The notes under the pieces: model-generated | What the model saw: only the letters and a program-made list of their open reading frames with translations | What the model was told of the DNA's origin: nothing | Databases searched by the model: none | DNA from: Zoogloea oleivorans | GTDB taxonomy: Bacteria; Pseudomonadota; Gammaproteobacteria; Burkholderiales; Rhodocyclaceae | Direction of reading: 5' to 3' | Assembly (NCBI GenBank): GCA_030157785.1 | Contig: JAOAUC010000046.1 | Span: 45,713 to 109,712 of the forward strand | DNA length: 64,000 bases | Shown: positions 32,849 to 42,163 of the stretch, in pieces | How positions within the stretch are numbered: the stretch's first letter is position 1 | Layout of the letters: each line of letters begins with the position of its first letter | Program-made: the position numbers and the translations under genes

Positions 32849-33745
32849 GTGATGCTCTCAGCAAGGTTGCCCGGTGCTCGGTCACTGCGTAAACTTGCGC
32901 CGATGCTCTATGTCCCCTTGTTGATTGCCGCCTTGCTGGCTGCATGTACCTCTGCTCCGCATCTCCCACCGGTCCGCACCACAACAGAAAGGTCCGTCGC
33001 CGACCAGGCTAAGCCGGCCAAGGCTCCCCCGTCGGCCAAGGCTCCCCCGTCGGCCAACACGGCACCCTCAAGCCTTCCGCCCCTCGTCTATGGCAAGAAG
33101 GCTACAGGCTTTCGTGATTTCTCCAACGCAAAGAAAGTGCTGCCAAGCGTCTTCGAAGGGATGGAAGAGGATTTCTACTGCGGCTGCCGATACACACGCA
33201 GCACCGTTGATCTGGCCGGCTGCGGATACCGGCCGCGAAAGAGCTTTGAGCGGGCCAGCCGCATTGAGTGGGAGCATGTGGTCCCCGCTTGGCTGTTGGG
33301 CCACCAGCGCCAGTGCTGGCAGGACGGCGGGCGAAAGCGCTGCACTGACACCGACCCGGTGTTTCAAGTTGCAGAAGGGGATCTGGTCAATCTGGTGCCG
33401 GCCGTGGGCGAGGTAAATGGCGACCGGAGCAACTTTCCCTATTCAGCTTGGACTTCGCATCCGGAGCCCATGTACGGGGCCTGCCAGACCGTTGTGGACT
33501 TCAAGGGACGCCGTGCCCAGCCACGGGCGGAAGTCCGCGGACGGGCGGCCCGGATCACACTCTACATGGCCGAAACCTACAACCTGCGCTTGAGCAAGCA
33601 AGACAAGCAGCTCATGTGTGCCTGGTCGAAGACCTACCCCGTGGATCAGTGGGAGCGCCGGCGGGATGCGCAGATTGTGCGATGGCAGGGGGCGGGCAAT
33701 GCGCTGGTGACGGACCCGGGGCGACTGAAGCGGGCTTGCCTGTGA
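32849..33745 (+). CDS. Endonuclease I (EndA/Vvn family), lipoprotein-like
   Basis: LLAAC lipobox; FYCGC, RIEWEHVVPA, CWQDGGRKRC, NLVPAVGEVNGDRSN, PVDQWE. Confidence 0.9.
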   Translation: MMLSARLPGARSLRKLAPMLYVPLLIAALLAACTSAPHLPPVRTTTERSVADQAKPAKAPPSAKAPPSANTAPSSLPPLVYGKKATGFRDFSNAKKVLPSVFEGMEEDFYCGCRYTRSTVDLAGCGYRPRKSFERASRIEWEHVVPAWLLGHQRQCWQDGGRKRCTDTDPVFQVAEGDLVNLVPAVGEVNGDRSNFPYSAWTSHPEPMYGACQTVVDFKGRRAQPRAEVRGRAARITLYMAETYNLRLSKQDKQLMCAWSKTYPVDQWERRRDAQIVRWQGAGNALVTDPGRLKRACL

Positions 33746-33746
33746 C
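33671..33746 (+). repeat. Copy 1 of a ~76-bp direct repeat (3' end of the endA-like gene)
   Basis: Near-identical to 35924-35999. Confidence 0.9.
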
Positions 33747-33926
33747 CTGACGCTGACGCGCGCCGGAAATATGTGGACGGTCAAACTGAAAGAACTTTTT
33801 CACATTTGAGGCGGAGCTGTGTCATAGCTTCACGCCAAGAAATAGGGGAACCTCGCAGTCACGTCCGATGGGCACAGAAGGCAGCTACGTCGGCCGCAAG
33901 TCGGTTGTGCCTCAAAGGTCAAGCTC

Positions 33927-34367
33927 GTGCTCAAACTCTTCTTCTGGATATTCTCGGCGCTTCCATCTATCGCCATTGCTCACGGCGGCGGGCTGAACGC
34001 GGAGGGCTGTCACAACAATCGCCGCACCGGTGATTACCATTGCCATCGCTCGGGATACTCGCCGCCGCGCCATGTTGCGCCAGCGCCTGCAGTTCAGCCC
34101 CTTTATGCCCCCATTCACCGCGAACCATCCGAGCGCAGGAGCTACCGGAGCACCGTGGGAAATGGTGCGCAACTATTGGGCGAGGGGGCGGCCAACTGCG
34201 CGAAAGACATCGCAGCGGAGCGCTCATCCTGCCAGGGGCGTCGCCGTGCTGACCTCGAACAGGTCATGGCCCTTGAGCAGCAAGTTCATGACCTCAGCTC
34301 CGAGTTGCGAAATCTCCGTGCTGAAGTGCGCCGGCTGCAGGCCGAGAGAGCCGGCTATTTTCCTTGA
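33927..34367 (+). CDS. YHYH-domain exported protein
   Basis: Signal peptide then AHGGGLNAEGCHNNRRTGDYHCH. Confidence 0.75.
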   Translation: MLKLFFWIFSALPSIAIAHGGGLNAEGCHNNRRTGDYHCHRSGYSPPRHVAPAPAVQPLYAPIHREPSERRSYRSTVGNGAQLLGEGAANCAKDIAAERSSCQGRRRADLEQVMALEQQVHDLSSELRNLRAEVRRLQAERAGYFP

Positions 34368-34732
34368 TTTCATGCCGTGCCTGATGTGGAAATGAGCCTA
34401 GCCAAGGGGGTGATGAAGCTAGCTCAGTGGGTAAAGAATCAGTAGGTATACAACAGCGGGCCCCTTGCACCCCATGCAAGTGCGCTGGCAGGGGGCTATC
34501 CAGTCGGATCGATGGCCTCTGCAAGTGGTCCAGTCTGGAACAAGAGACATCGGCATCAGAGGCCGCCATGCCGCCTCCGGACTTGGCCATGTCGCGGGTA
34601 CAGCTCAAAAGGTGAATTTTTACTCTAGCGGCGCTTGATACTTGCATGAGATTCTATGCGTTTGGGTTTCGTCTTCGGGCTTCATGTCTGAAGATGGCTT
34701 GTTGACAGGTGCAATACGCTGAGGTGTAACAA

Positions 34733-35647
34733 ATGAAAAGGGTTATCGCTCCCGCGCTGTGTGCGGTTCTGCTGGCCGGTTGTGGGGAAAAGGAAATCAG
34801 CTGCGCTGATGAAGCCACGTTGTCCACGCTCACGTCCTTGGTGAAGGAGAGTATCGAAGAGCAGGTGAAGAAAGACTTCGATGAAAATGCGAAGGCAAGA
34901 GGCCTTCAGTGGGACGCATCGAGATTGAGGGCACTACTGGGGAGCGTCGTCATTTCGTTCGTCGATGTGAGGACGACGAAGAAGGACCCAAGCAGCACAA
35001 AGCGCTTCTGTGAGGCGGAGTTGAAAGCGTACGTGCCACAGGAGCTTCTGGAGGTGGCGAACAAGGTGCGGGCGGTGGCTGGCTACGAGGACATGGCTAG
35101 CCATGCCAGAGCACTTGATGTGAAGTTCGAGGCGGGGTCTGTGGCTGATGAAGTCGAGTACGCGGCGCAGCCAACAGACGATGGAAAGAAGGTCTATGTC
35201 TCGTCGGCCAGGCAAAGCAAGCCGATCACGTTTCTGACTGAAGTGATTTCCGCGAACCTCATCAAGCCGATGATTGATGCAGCCGAGACCCAAAAGGTTA
35301 AGGCGCAGGAGGATGAGCGAGCCCGCCAGACTGTACTGGACAAGGAAAAACAAGAGCTGGCGAAGGAGCAGGAGCAGCTCCGCTTAGAGAAGGCCCGGGG
35401 CGGAATCAAGGATGCCAACGATCAGATCAATGTTGTCTGGAATGCGGCCACGCCAGAATTTAGAAAGGCCATGCTCTCAGAGCAGCGGATCTGGCTGAAG
35501 GAGCGCGAAGTCGACTGCAAAATGAAAGCGACAGCCGCAGCAGAAGAGGTAAGTGCAATTGATCGGGAAATCATTCGGTTGAGCTGCGAGGCGGAGATGA
35601 CTGTTGCCCGGACAAGCTACCTGAAAGAGAAGGTCGCAGGGCCCTGA
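34733..35647 (+). CDS. Lipoprotein with C-terminal LprI (DUF1311)-like lysozyme-inhibitor domain
   Basis: LLAGC lipobox; INVVW...LSEQRIWLKEREVDC...C..EMTVARTSYL. Confidence 0.7.
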   Translation: MKRVIAPALCAVLLAGCGEKEISCADEATLSTLTSLVKESIEEQVKKDFDENAKARGLQWDASRLRALLGSVVISFVDVRTTKKDPSSTKRFCEAELKAYVPQELLEVANKVRAVAGYEDMASHARALDVKFEAGSVADEVEYAAQPTDDGKKVYVSSARQSKPITFLTEVISANLIKPMIDAAETQKVKAQEDERARQTVLDKEKQELAKEQEQLRLEKARGGIKDANDQINVVWNAATPEFRKAMLSEQRIWLKEREVDCKMKATAAAEEVSAIDREIIRLSCEAEMTVARTSYLKEKVAGP

Positions 35648-35715
35648 TCGCTGGTTACGAACTGGCGGACGTTTGCGATTTGGTGCAAACCGGGGGAAGT
35701 CGTAAGCCGGCCGGG

Positions 35716-35739
35716 CGTGGGGCCTCGTTCACAGAAACG
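35716..35739 (+). repeat. Copy 1 of a 24-bp direct repeat (CGTGGGGCCTCGTTCRCAGAAACG)
   Basis: 23/24 identical to 45861-45884. Confidence 0.8.
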
Positions 35740-35741
35740 AC

Positions 35742-35777
35742 ATGTTGCTGATGATCGACAACTACGACAGCTTCACC
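35742..35777 (+). pseudogene. 36-bp 5' fragment of a trpG/pabA-type glutamine amidotransferase gene
   Basis: ATGTTGCTGATGATCGACAACTACGACAGCTTCACC translates to MLLMIDNYDSFT, the conserved TrpG/PabA N-terminus; homology then stops. Confidence 0.8.
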
Positions 35778-35851
35778 ATTGCCCGCGAGCGGAAGGCATG
35801 AAACGTCCGCTTGCTGAGCGGATATACAATTCGCTGCGATAGGCACCCCCG

Positions 35852-35907
35852 GGTGCCGGGAGGGGGGCTCGAACCCGCAGGCATCCCGGCTGCGGATTTT
35901 AAGTCCG
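35852..35907 (-). pseudogene. Diverged 3' part of tRNA-Leu(TAA)
   Basis: ggtgccgggaggggggctcgaacccg...gcggattttaagtccg aligns with tRNA-Leu from 15762 through its anticodon arm. Confidence 0.75.
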
Positions 35908-35923
35908 GTGTTCAGCCAGTGCC

Positions 35924-35999
35924 CAGATCATGCGATGGCAGGGGGCGGGGAATGCGTTGGTGACGGACCCGGGGCGACTGAGGCGGGCTTGCCTTTGAC
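35924..35999 (+). repeat. Copy 2 of the endA 3'-end direct repeat
   Basis: cagatcatgcgatggcagggggcggggaatgcgttggtgacggacccggggcgactgaggcgggcttgcctttgac. Confidence 0.9.
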
Positions 36000-36025
36000 T
36001 CTTGGATAGTGTGATTGATCTTGGA

Positions 36026-36077
36026 CAGAGGATTGAAAATCCGCGTGTCCGTGGTTCGATTCCGCGACTGGCCACCA
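36026..36077 (+). pseudogene. 3' fragment of tRNA-Phe(GAA) (att-like)
   Basis: GGATTGAAAATCCGCGTGTCCGTGGTTCGATTCCGCGACTGGCCACCA: anticodon arm, T arm and CCA, but no D arm or 5' acceptor strand. Confidence 0.8.
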
Positions 36078-36083
36078 GAATAC

Positions 36084-36119
36084 AAGCCGCTTCCCGAACT
36101 TTGTGAGCGAAGCGGCTTT
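36084..36119 (+). terminator. Hairpin after the tRNA-Phe fragment
   Basis: AAGCCGCTTC...GAAGCGGCTT stem. Confidence 0.55.
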
Positions 36120-36197
36120 CTACAAAGCCACATTTCACGCGGCTCGCCAGTCTGTCTATACAATGTTGCCTATTGCATAACTTTTTGGGTGAGCTAA

Positions 36198-37466
36198 GTG
36201 ACCAGCGAAGTCCTGATCCTCAATAAGCGAGCCATCGTGTTGGGCGCTGATAGTGCCGTTACGACTTCTGGTGGGGAGCATCCTCGATACTCGAAAACTG
36301 CGAACAAGATCTTTGAGCTTTCAAGGAATGGGGCTGTTGCCGCTACGATCTACGGTAGTGCGCAAATAGACACGCTTCCTTGGGAGGTCGCTCTGAAGTT
36401 GTTTCGGAGCCAGTTTTCAGATGCAGCTTTGAGCCGGGTAAGTGATTACAGTGCAGCGCTGATTGCCTTTCTTTCTGCGAACGAGCGCTTATTCCCATCA
36501 GACTTGCGTTCTAGTTTTGTTGATCAACAATTTGATTTGGCCATCAAAGAAGTTTTTCGGGATGCGAGTGGCACGGCACCGGGTTTGCTGGATGAGTCTG
36601 TCTCGCTAGACGTAAAGCGGGCTTTGTGGAAGGTAGAGGCCGCGCGCATCCGTGACTTACTTGTTGGGCGCGGCGTTGCTCCGTCACTGACACAAGCGCC
36701 TCTGGACCAATTGCTTCTCAGTATCGAGCCTTGGGTGGCTCGGGCACAAAAGCAACTTGATGAGGTTTTCGGTCTTGCAGGGATTGATGCGACAGATTTG
36801 GCTGAGCTCGGGCACAGGCTTCGTTATGCTTGTCCAGATGTCGTCTTGGGGAGTTCGGGACTGGTGGTGGCCGGGTATGGCGAAGATCAAATATTTCCAG
36901 CCTACGAGCAGTTGAGGCTGTACGGTCATGTGGGTGACGAGCTTTATTTTGAGACGGCGAAGAGCTTTCAGATCACACATACTAGCGGCGCAGCTATCCT
37001 CCCTCTGGCTCAGACATCGATGATCGATATGTTTACCGATGGCTTCAGTTCATCGCTGGCGTCGATCATAGATGTGCAGGGGAAGACGGCTTTCAATGGC
37101 ATTTTTGACGCACTAGCAGCAAAAGGGATTGATGTGCCAAGCGATCTAGCAGATGAGGTGGCTAAGCAGTGCCATAGCAATTTTCAGTTGGAGTGGAGGA
37201 GAGCCAACTGGGAGCAAAACTTCCATCCGCTGATTGGCGTGTTGCAGACGCTAAGCGTTCAAGAAATGGCGCACTTGGCCGAATCTCTCTTGGGTCTCGA
37301 GTCTTTGAAGGAGCGTGTTACGTCCCCATCAGAGTCTGTTGGGGGGCCGATTGACGTGGCAGCCATCACTAAGAGTGAAGGTCTCGTGTGGATCAAGCGT
37401 AAGCAATATTTTGATGCTAGTCTGAATGCAAGGTACGTTGCTCGCCTTCAGCGTTCATTCGGTTGA
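36198..37466 (+). CDS. Putative Ntn-hydrolase / proteasome-beta-like protease with a large insertion
   Basis: M-T start, IVLGADSA, ANKIF, LVVAGYG, C-terminal SVGGPIDVAAIT pattern; low GC. Confidence 0.65.
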   Translation: MTSEVLILNKRAIVLGADSAVTTSGGEHPRYSKTANKIFELSRNGAVAATIYGSAQIDTLPWEVALKLFRSQFSDAALSRVSDYSAALIAFLSANERLFPSDLRSSFVDQQFDLAIKEVFRDASGTAPGLLDESVSLDVKRALWKVEAARIRDLLVGRGVAPSLTQAPLDQLLLSIEPWVARAQKQLDEVFGLAGIDATDLAELGHRLRYACPDVVLGSSGLVVAGYGEDQIFPAYEQLRLYGHVGDELYFETAKSFQITHTSGAAILPLAQTSMIDMFTDGFSSSLASIIDVQGKTAFNGIFDALAAKGIDVPSDLADEVAKQCHSNFQLEWRRANWEQNFHPLIGVLQTLSVQEMAHLAESLLGLESLKERVTSPSESVGGPIDVAAITKSEGLVWIKRKQYFDASLNARYVARLQRSFG

Positions 37467-37484
37467 GTGGGTTCGGAGTGTTAT

Positions 37485-37733
37485 ATGAAAAGGGTTGATG
37501 AGTTTCTCAGTTCCAATAGTGGTGGTTCGTCATTGCCACTCCAAGAGCGGATGCAGGGTCTAAGTTCTTTGCAGCGCGACGCTATCTACCGGACGTTCGC
37601 CGATGATCTACGTGCGTTTGAGTCAGACGCTGCATCTAGTCCTCTTGTTAAGTGGGTTATTGACGCCCATAAGAGCTCTTCTGGCCAGATAGCACTATCC
37701 AGTGCCACTGCAAGACCTGAGGTTGCGGTCTAG
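37485..37733 (+). CDS. Small hypothetical protein coupled to the protease-like gene
   Basis: GGAG RBS at 37475, ATG at 37485, same low-GC block. Confidence 0.5.
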   Translation: MKRVDEFLSSNSGGSSLPLQERMQGLSSLQRDAIYRTFADDLRAFESDAASSPLVKWVIDAHKSSSGQIALSSATARPEVAV

Positions 37734-38050
37734 CGTAGTGGTTTGACCCGTTCGCCCCTGCGAGTTCGAGGGTAATGTTCGGTCATATCTCGTTTTGTGT
37801 GTCCCAGTAATTTCTGCGCATGCCCAAGGTCGCCGGTATCCGTCGCGGCCTTGGCTCGGATGTCTCTGAACTGAAAAGTCGCGCCAGCGGCCTCCCTGGC
37901 CTCGTCAAAGCGATTCCGCAGCATCCAGTAGGTGAAGGGGCTGGCCGTTCTTGTTTCGAATGAGCCAAGCGTCTTTGATCTCTGCTGGCCGGGCGATGAT
38001 GCACTCCAGAAATATCGAGGCGATTTCGTCTTAATGGGGTGCAGCAGTTC
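37730..38050 (-). pseudogene. C-terminal remnant of a tyrosine integrase
   Basis: FTYWMLRNRF...FQFRDIRAKAATD..AQKLLGHTKRDMTEHY; degraded upstream, so the left boundary is approximate. Confidence 0.75.
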
Positions 38051-38253
38051 ACTCAGAAACTGTGAGGTTGTTCTGCCTCGCCCAAGACCCCAGCATCCGC
38101 GCCTTTCGTCGGGTGGTCAGCCCGTCGTGTCCCGGTGTAACCTGCATACCTTTGTTTGGCGAAGACGTACGCATGACATCCGGGCCATCCCCGCGTCTGT
38201 CGTGCTGCCGTGCTCTGCCGCCCCGACCACCGCAGCAGTACGCATTCCCCCGC

Positions 38254-39801
38254 ATGCTCGACGACATCAAGAAGACCCTCTGGGCGACAGCCGACAAGCT
38301 GCGCGCCAACATGGACGCAGCCGAATACAAGCACCTGGTGCTTGGCCTGATCTTCCTCAAATACATCTCTGACACCTTTGCCGCCCGCCGGGTCGAGCTG
38401 ACTAAGCGCTTTGCCGACGAAGCCGACGACTACTTCCTGCACGAATGCGACGCCGACATGCTCGCCGACGAGCTGGAAGACCGGGATTACTACAAGGAGG
38501 TCAACGTCTTCTGGGTGCCCGAAGCTGCCCGCTGGGAAGCGCTGCGTGCTGCAGCCAAGCAGACCGACATCGGCAAGCGCATCGACGAAGCCTTGACTGT
38601 CATCGAGCAGGAGAACCCAAAGCTCAAGGGCATTCTCGACAAGCGCTACGGCCGCGCGCAGTTGCCCGACGGCAAGCTCGGCGAGCTGGTGGATCTGGTG
38701 TCCACCATCGGCTTCGGCGACGACCCCGGCGCCGCCCGCGACGTGCTCGGCCAGGTCTATGAATACTTCCTCGGCCAGTTCGCCAGCGCCGAAGGCAAGA
38801 AGGGCGGCCAGTTCTACACGCCGGCCAGCATCGTCAAGACCCTGGTGGCCGTGCTCGCCCCGCACCACGGCAAGGTGTACGACCCCTGCTGCGGCTCCGG
38901 CGGCATGTTCGTGCAGTCCGAGAAGTTCATCGAGGCTCACGGGGGCAAGCTCGGCGACGTGGCGATCTTCGGCCAGGAGTCCAACCCGACCACCTGGCGC
39001 CTCGCGGCGATGAACCTCGCCATCCGCGGCATCGACTACAACCTCGGCAAGGAGCCCGGCGACACCTTCACGAAGAATCAGCACCCCGACCTGCGGGCCG
39101 ACTTCATTCTCGCCAACCCGCCCTTCAACATCAGCGACTGGTGGCATGGCAGCCTCGAAGGTGACCCGCGCTGGGTGTACGGCGACCCGCCCCTGGGCAA
39201 CGCCAACTACGCGTGGCTGCAGCACATGCTCCACCACCTCGGCGGGAGCGGTCGGGCCGGGATCGTGCTCGCCAACGGCAGCATGAGTTCCAGCCAGAAC
39301 AATGAAGGCCATATCCGCGCCGCGATGGTGGATGCCGACGTTGTCGAAGTGATGATCGCGCTGCCCGGCCAGCTCTTCTTTAACACCCAGATCCCGGCCT
39401 GTCTTTGGTTCCTGGCCAAAAAGAAGGCCGCGCGCCAGGGTGAGGTGCTGTTCGTCGACGCCCGCAAGCTCGGCAAGATGATCAGCCGGGTACAGGCGGA
39501 ACTGACCGATGAGGTTATCAAACGCATCGCTGCCACTGTGGCAGCGTGGCGGGGCGAGGGCGGCGAATACGCCGATCAGCCCGGCTACTGCCGCAGCGTG
39601 AAGCTCGCCGAGATCGCCGAACACGGCCACGTGCTGACGCCGGGCCGCTACGTGGGTGCCGAGGAGGTCGAGGACGACGACGAGGCCTTCGCCGAGAAGA
39701 TGCAGAAGTTAACCGAGAAGTTGGGCGAGCAGATGGCCAAGGGGGCGGAGCTGGATGCGTTGATCCGGCAGAAGCTGGGGGGGCTGGGGTATGAGTTCTG
39801 A
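38254..39801 (+). CDS. hsdM: Type I R-M methyltransferase subunit M
   Basis: [31 protein letters not shown]. Confidence 0.96.
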   Translation: MLDDIKKTLWATADKLRANMDAAEYKHLVLGLIFLKYISDTFAARRVELTKRFADEADDYFLHECDADMLADELEDRDYYKEVNVFWVPEAARWEALRAAAKQTDIGKRIDEALTVIEQENPKLKGILDKRYGRAQLPDGKLGELVDLVSTIGFGDDPGAARDVLGQVYEYFLGQFASAEGKKGGQFYTPASIVKTLVAVLAPHHGKVYDPCCGSGGMFVQSEKFIEAHGGKLGDVAIFGQESNPTTWRLAAMNLAIRGIDYNLGKEPGDTFTKNQHPDLRADFILANPPFNISDWWHGSLEGDPRWVYGDPPLGNANYAWLQHMLHHLGGSGRAGIVLANGSMSSSQNNEGHIRAAMVDADVVEVMIALPGQLFFNTQIPACLWFLAKKKAARQGEVLFVDARKLGKMISRVQAELTDEVIKRIAATVAAWRGEGGEYADQPGYCRSVKLAEIAEHGHVLTPGRYVGAEEVEDDDEAFAEKMQKLTEKLGEQMAKGAELDALIRQKLGGLGYEF

Positions 39802-41140
39802 ACCCACGCCGCCGGACATGACCACGCCGACCGCCGCCGTAGGTCGGGTTAGCCCGCAGGACGTAACCCGACAGGAACCGGCCGACGTGCGGACGACCGA
39901 TGTCGGGTTACGCTGCGCTAACCCGACCTACGGGGCGGAGTGGTTTCGTGGAAAACTCGGGGACGTCATAGAGCTTAAGCGCGGTTATGACTTGCCTCAG
40001 GCCAAGCGTCGCAAGGGGCGTGTGCCATTGGTGTCATCGTCTGGAGTGAGCGACGTGCACGACACGGCAATGGTGAAAGGTCCCGGGGTCGTGACAGGCC
40101 GATATGGCACGATCGGACAGGTCTTTTACATCGAGAACGATTTCTGGCCGCTAAACACCACTCTCTATGTGCGTGACTTCAAGGGTAATGATCCTAAGTT
40201 CATTCATTACTTCTTGAAGACGGTGGACTTTCTTAGCTACTCCGATAAGGCCGCTGTTCCTGGAGTGAACCGGAATCACTTGCACGAGGCTGGCGTCTTA
40301 TTTCCACCTGTCCATGAACAAGCGAAAATCGCGAACTTCTTAGGTATGGTGGATGACCGCATCACCCTCCTGCGCGAAACCAATGTCACCCTCGAAGCCA
40401 TCGCCCAGGCGTTGTTCAAGTCCTGGTTCGTCGACTTCGACCCCGTCCGTGCCAAGCAGCAAGGGCTCGCCCCGGAAGGGATGGATGAGGCGACGGCGGC
40501 GCTGTTTCCGGATGGGTTCGAGGAGTCGGAGCTTGGGCAAGTACCGAAGGGTTGGCGATTTGCCCGATTGGAAGAGATTGCGACCGTAGATATGGGTCTG
40601 TCGCCCAAGGGTGATAGCTACAATACCGATGGGCGCGGCAATCCATTGATAAACGGCCCCGTTGAGTTTGGGGAGTATTTCCCACAGCAAACGAAATGGA
40701 CGGTGTCGGGAAGTAGGTTCGCCCGTGAAGGTGATCTTGTCTTTTGCGTCCGAGGTTCGACGACGGGAAGGCGCGTAGTTGCTGATCGCGAATACTGCAT
40801 CGGCCGGGGCGTTTGTGCCATTCGTGGCAACGGCGGTATCCGCTCATTCATCTACCAGACCATCAATTTTGGCTTGGAACGTCTTCTCAGCAAGACTACT
40901 GGTTCTGTTTTTCCCAGCTTGAGCTCACCAGACATCAAACGCTTTTCAGTGCTTAAGCCGGCGGAACAAGTTGTAGCAGCCTACGAAGCGGCGACTAGGC
41001 CGCTGCTCCATAAAATTGAACAGGGGCAGCGACAAGCCCAAACCCTCGCCACCCTCCGCGACACCCTGCTCCCCCGCCTGATCGCCGGCCAACTTCGCCT
41101 GCCGGAAGCACAGGCCGAACTGGAAGGCGCACTCCCATGA
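39791..41140 (+). CDS. hsdS: Type I R-M specificity subunit S with an N-terminal in-frame REP insertion
   Basis: Two TRDs; [38 protein letters not shown]. Confidence 0.93.
   Translation: MSSEPTPPDMTTPTAAVGRVSPQDVTRQEPADVRTTDVGLRCANPTYGAEWFRGKLGDVIELKRGYDLPQAKRRKGRVPLVSSSGVSDVHDTAMVKGPGVVTGRYGTIGQVFYIENDFWPLNTTLYVRDFKGNDPKFIHYFLKTVDFLSYSDKAAVPGVNRNHLHEAGVLFPPVHEQAKIANFLGMVDDRITLLRETNVTLEAIAQALFKSWFVDFDPVRAKQQGLAPEGMDEATAALFPDGFEESELGQVPKGWRFARLEEIATVDMGLSPKGDSYNTDGRGNPLINGPVEFGEYFPQQTKWTVSGSRFAREGDLVFCVRGSTTGRRVVADREYCIGRGVCAIRGNGGIRSFIYQTINFGLERLLSKTTGSVFPSLSSPDIKRFSVLKPAEQVVAAYEAATRPLLHKIEQGQRQAQTLATLRDTLLPRLIAGQLRLPEAQAELEGALP
39839..39931. repeat. GTAG-family REP doublet (REPIN) inside hsdS
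   Basis: GTAGGTCGGGTTAGC..GTAACCCGACA (39839-39873) and inverted TGTCGGGTTACGCTGCGCTAACCCGACCTAC (39901-39931). Confidence 0.85.
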
Positions 41141-42159
41141 GCAAAGATCTGACTACGTCAGCGGTTGCCCGCAGCAATGTGCTCAACAACCGCTATGCCC
41201 TCTGCAAGCTGGAGGAACACCTGGCGTTGGGTGGCTTGCGCATCGAGGGCGAGCCGCTGTTCTTCAAGTCACACGTCGCTGAGTTGCTGGCCATCGATGA
41301 GCGCACCATCGACCGCTACCTCGCCAGCCACGAGGCTGAACTCAAACAGAACGGCTATCGAATTTTCAAAGGGAAATCATTAAAAATCCTAAAGTTAGCT
41401 CAAGTCGACGACATTCATGTCGCCGACTTGATTGGCGCCAAGGTTCCCACACTAGGGGTGTTCTCGTTCAGGGCGGTGTTGAACATCGCCATGCTGGTAA
41501 CCGAAAGCGAACGGGCCAAGGCCATTCGCAGCCGGATGCTGGACATCGTGCTGGATGTGGTAGCCGAACGCACAGGCGGGCATACCCGCTTCATCAACCA
41601 GCGGGATCAGGACTATCTTCCCTCCGCTTTCATGGAAGACAGCTACCGCAAGCAATTCACCAATGCGCTGCGCGACCACGTGGACATGGGGAACCACAAG
41701 TACGCGGTCTTCACGGACAAGATCTACCAAGCGGTTTTCTGCGAAAACGCGCGTGAGTACAAGCAGGTGCTGCGCCTCGCCGATGGCGATAGCACGCGCG
41801 ACACCATGTACGCCGAAGTGCTGAAGACCCTGGCCAGCTTTGAAAGCGGGCTGGCAGCCGGTATTCAGCAGCAGGCGGCGCAACTGGGGCGCAAACTCAA
41901 ATCTCCTGAAGTGGATCGGCTACTTGCCGAAGCAGCGGCCAGCCCCTTCCTCAAACCCTTGATCGAGGATGCCCGCACCCGCATGGCAAGCCGCGACCTG
42001 GGGTTTCGCGAGGCGCTGCACCAGAAGTTGGAGGCCTACGTTCAGGCGGTGCCAGAGGCTGATTTCGAGCGCTTCCTCGGTGAGCGCACGCAGGCGCTTG
42101 AAGAGCGCCTGTCCGACCCGAAGCTGCTGGCAGTGCTCAAGCGGCTGAAAGACCGCTGA
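41137..42159 (+). CDS. DNA-binding-protein-like partner of the Doc/Fic toxin
   Basis: HTH-like VAELLAIDERTIDRYL; translationally coupled to hsdS and 4 bp from the Fic gene. Confidence 0.65.
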   Translation: MSKDLTTSAVARSNVLNNRYALCKLEEHLALGGLRIEGEPLFFKSHVAELLAIDERTIDRYLASHEAELKQNGYRIFKGKSLKILKLAQVDDIHVADLIGAKVPTLGVFSFRAVLNIAMLVTESERAKAIRSRMLDIVLDVVAERTGGHTRFINQRDQDYLPSAFMEDSYRKQFTNALRDHVDMGNHKYAVFTDKIYQAVFCENAREYKQVLRLADGDSTRDTMYAEVLKTLASFESGLAAGIQQQAAQLGRKLKSPEVDRLLAEAAASPFLKPLIEDARTRMASRDLGFREALHQKLEAYVQAVPEADFERFLGERTQALEERLSDPKLLAVLKRLKDR

Positions 42160-42163
42160 AGCC

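Noticed and set aside
33015-33057. 18-bp tandem repeat in the EndA gene (AKAPPS x2)
   Set aside because: Simple in-frame linker duplication; no spacers, so not an array
34418-34440. GCTAGCTCAGTGGGTAAAG resembling a tRNA D-arm
   Set aside because: No anticodon arm or T arm follows; too short to call
36026-36077. Intact tRNA-Phe gene
   Set aside because: The 5' acceptor strand and D arm are absent, so it is reported as a fragment
38062-38253. N-terminal extension of HsdM
   Set aside because: Not HsdM-like; homology begins at [10 protein letters not shown] (38254)
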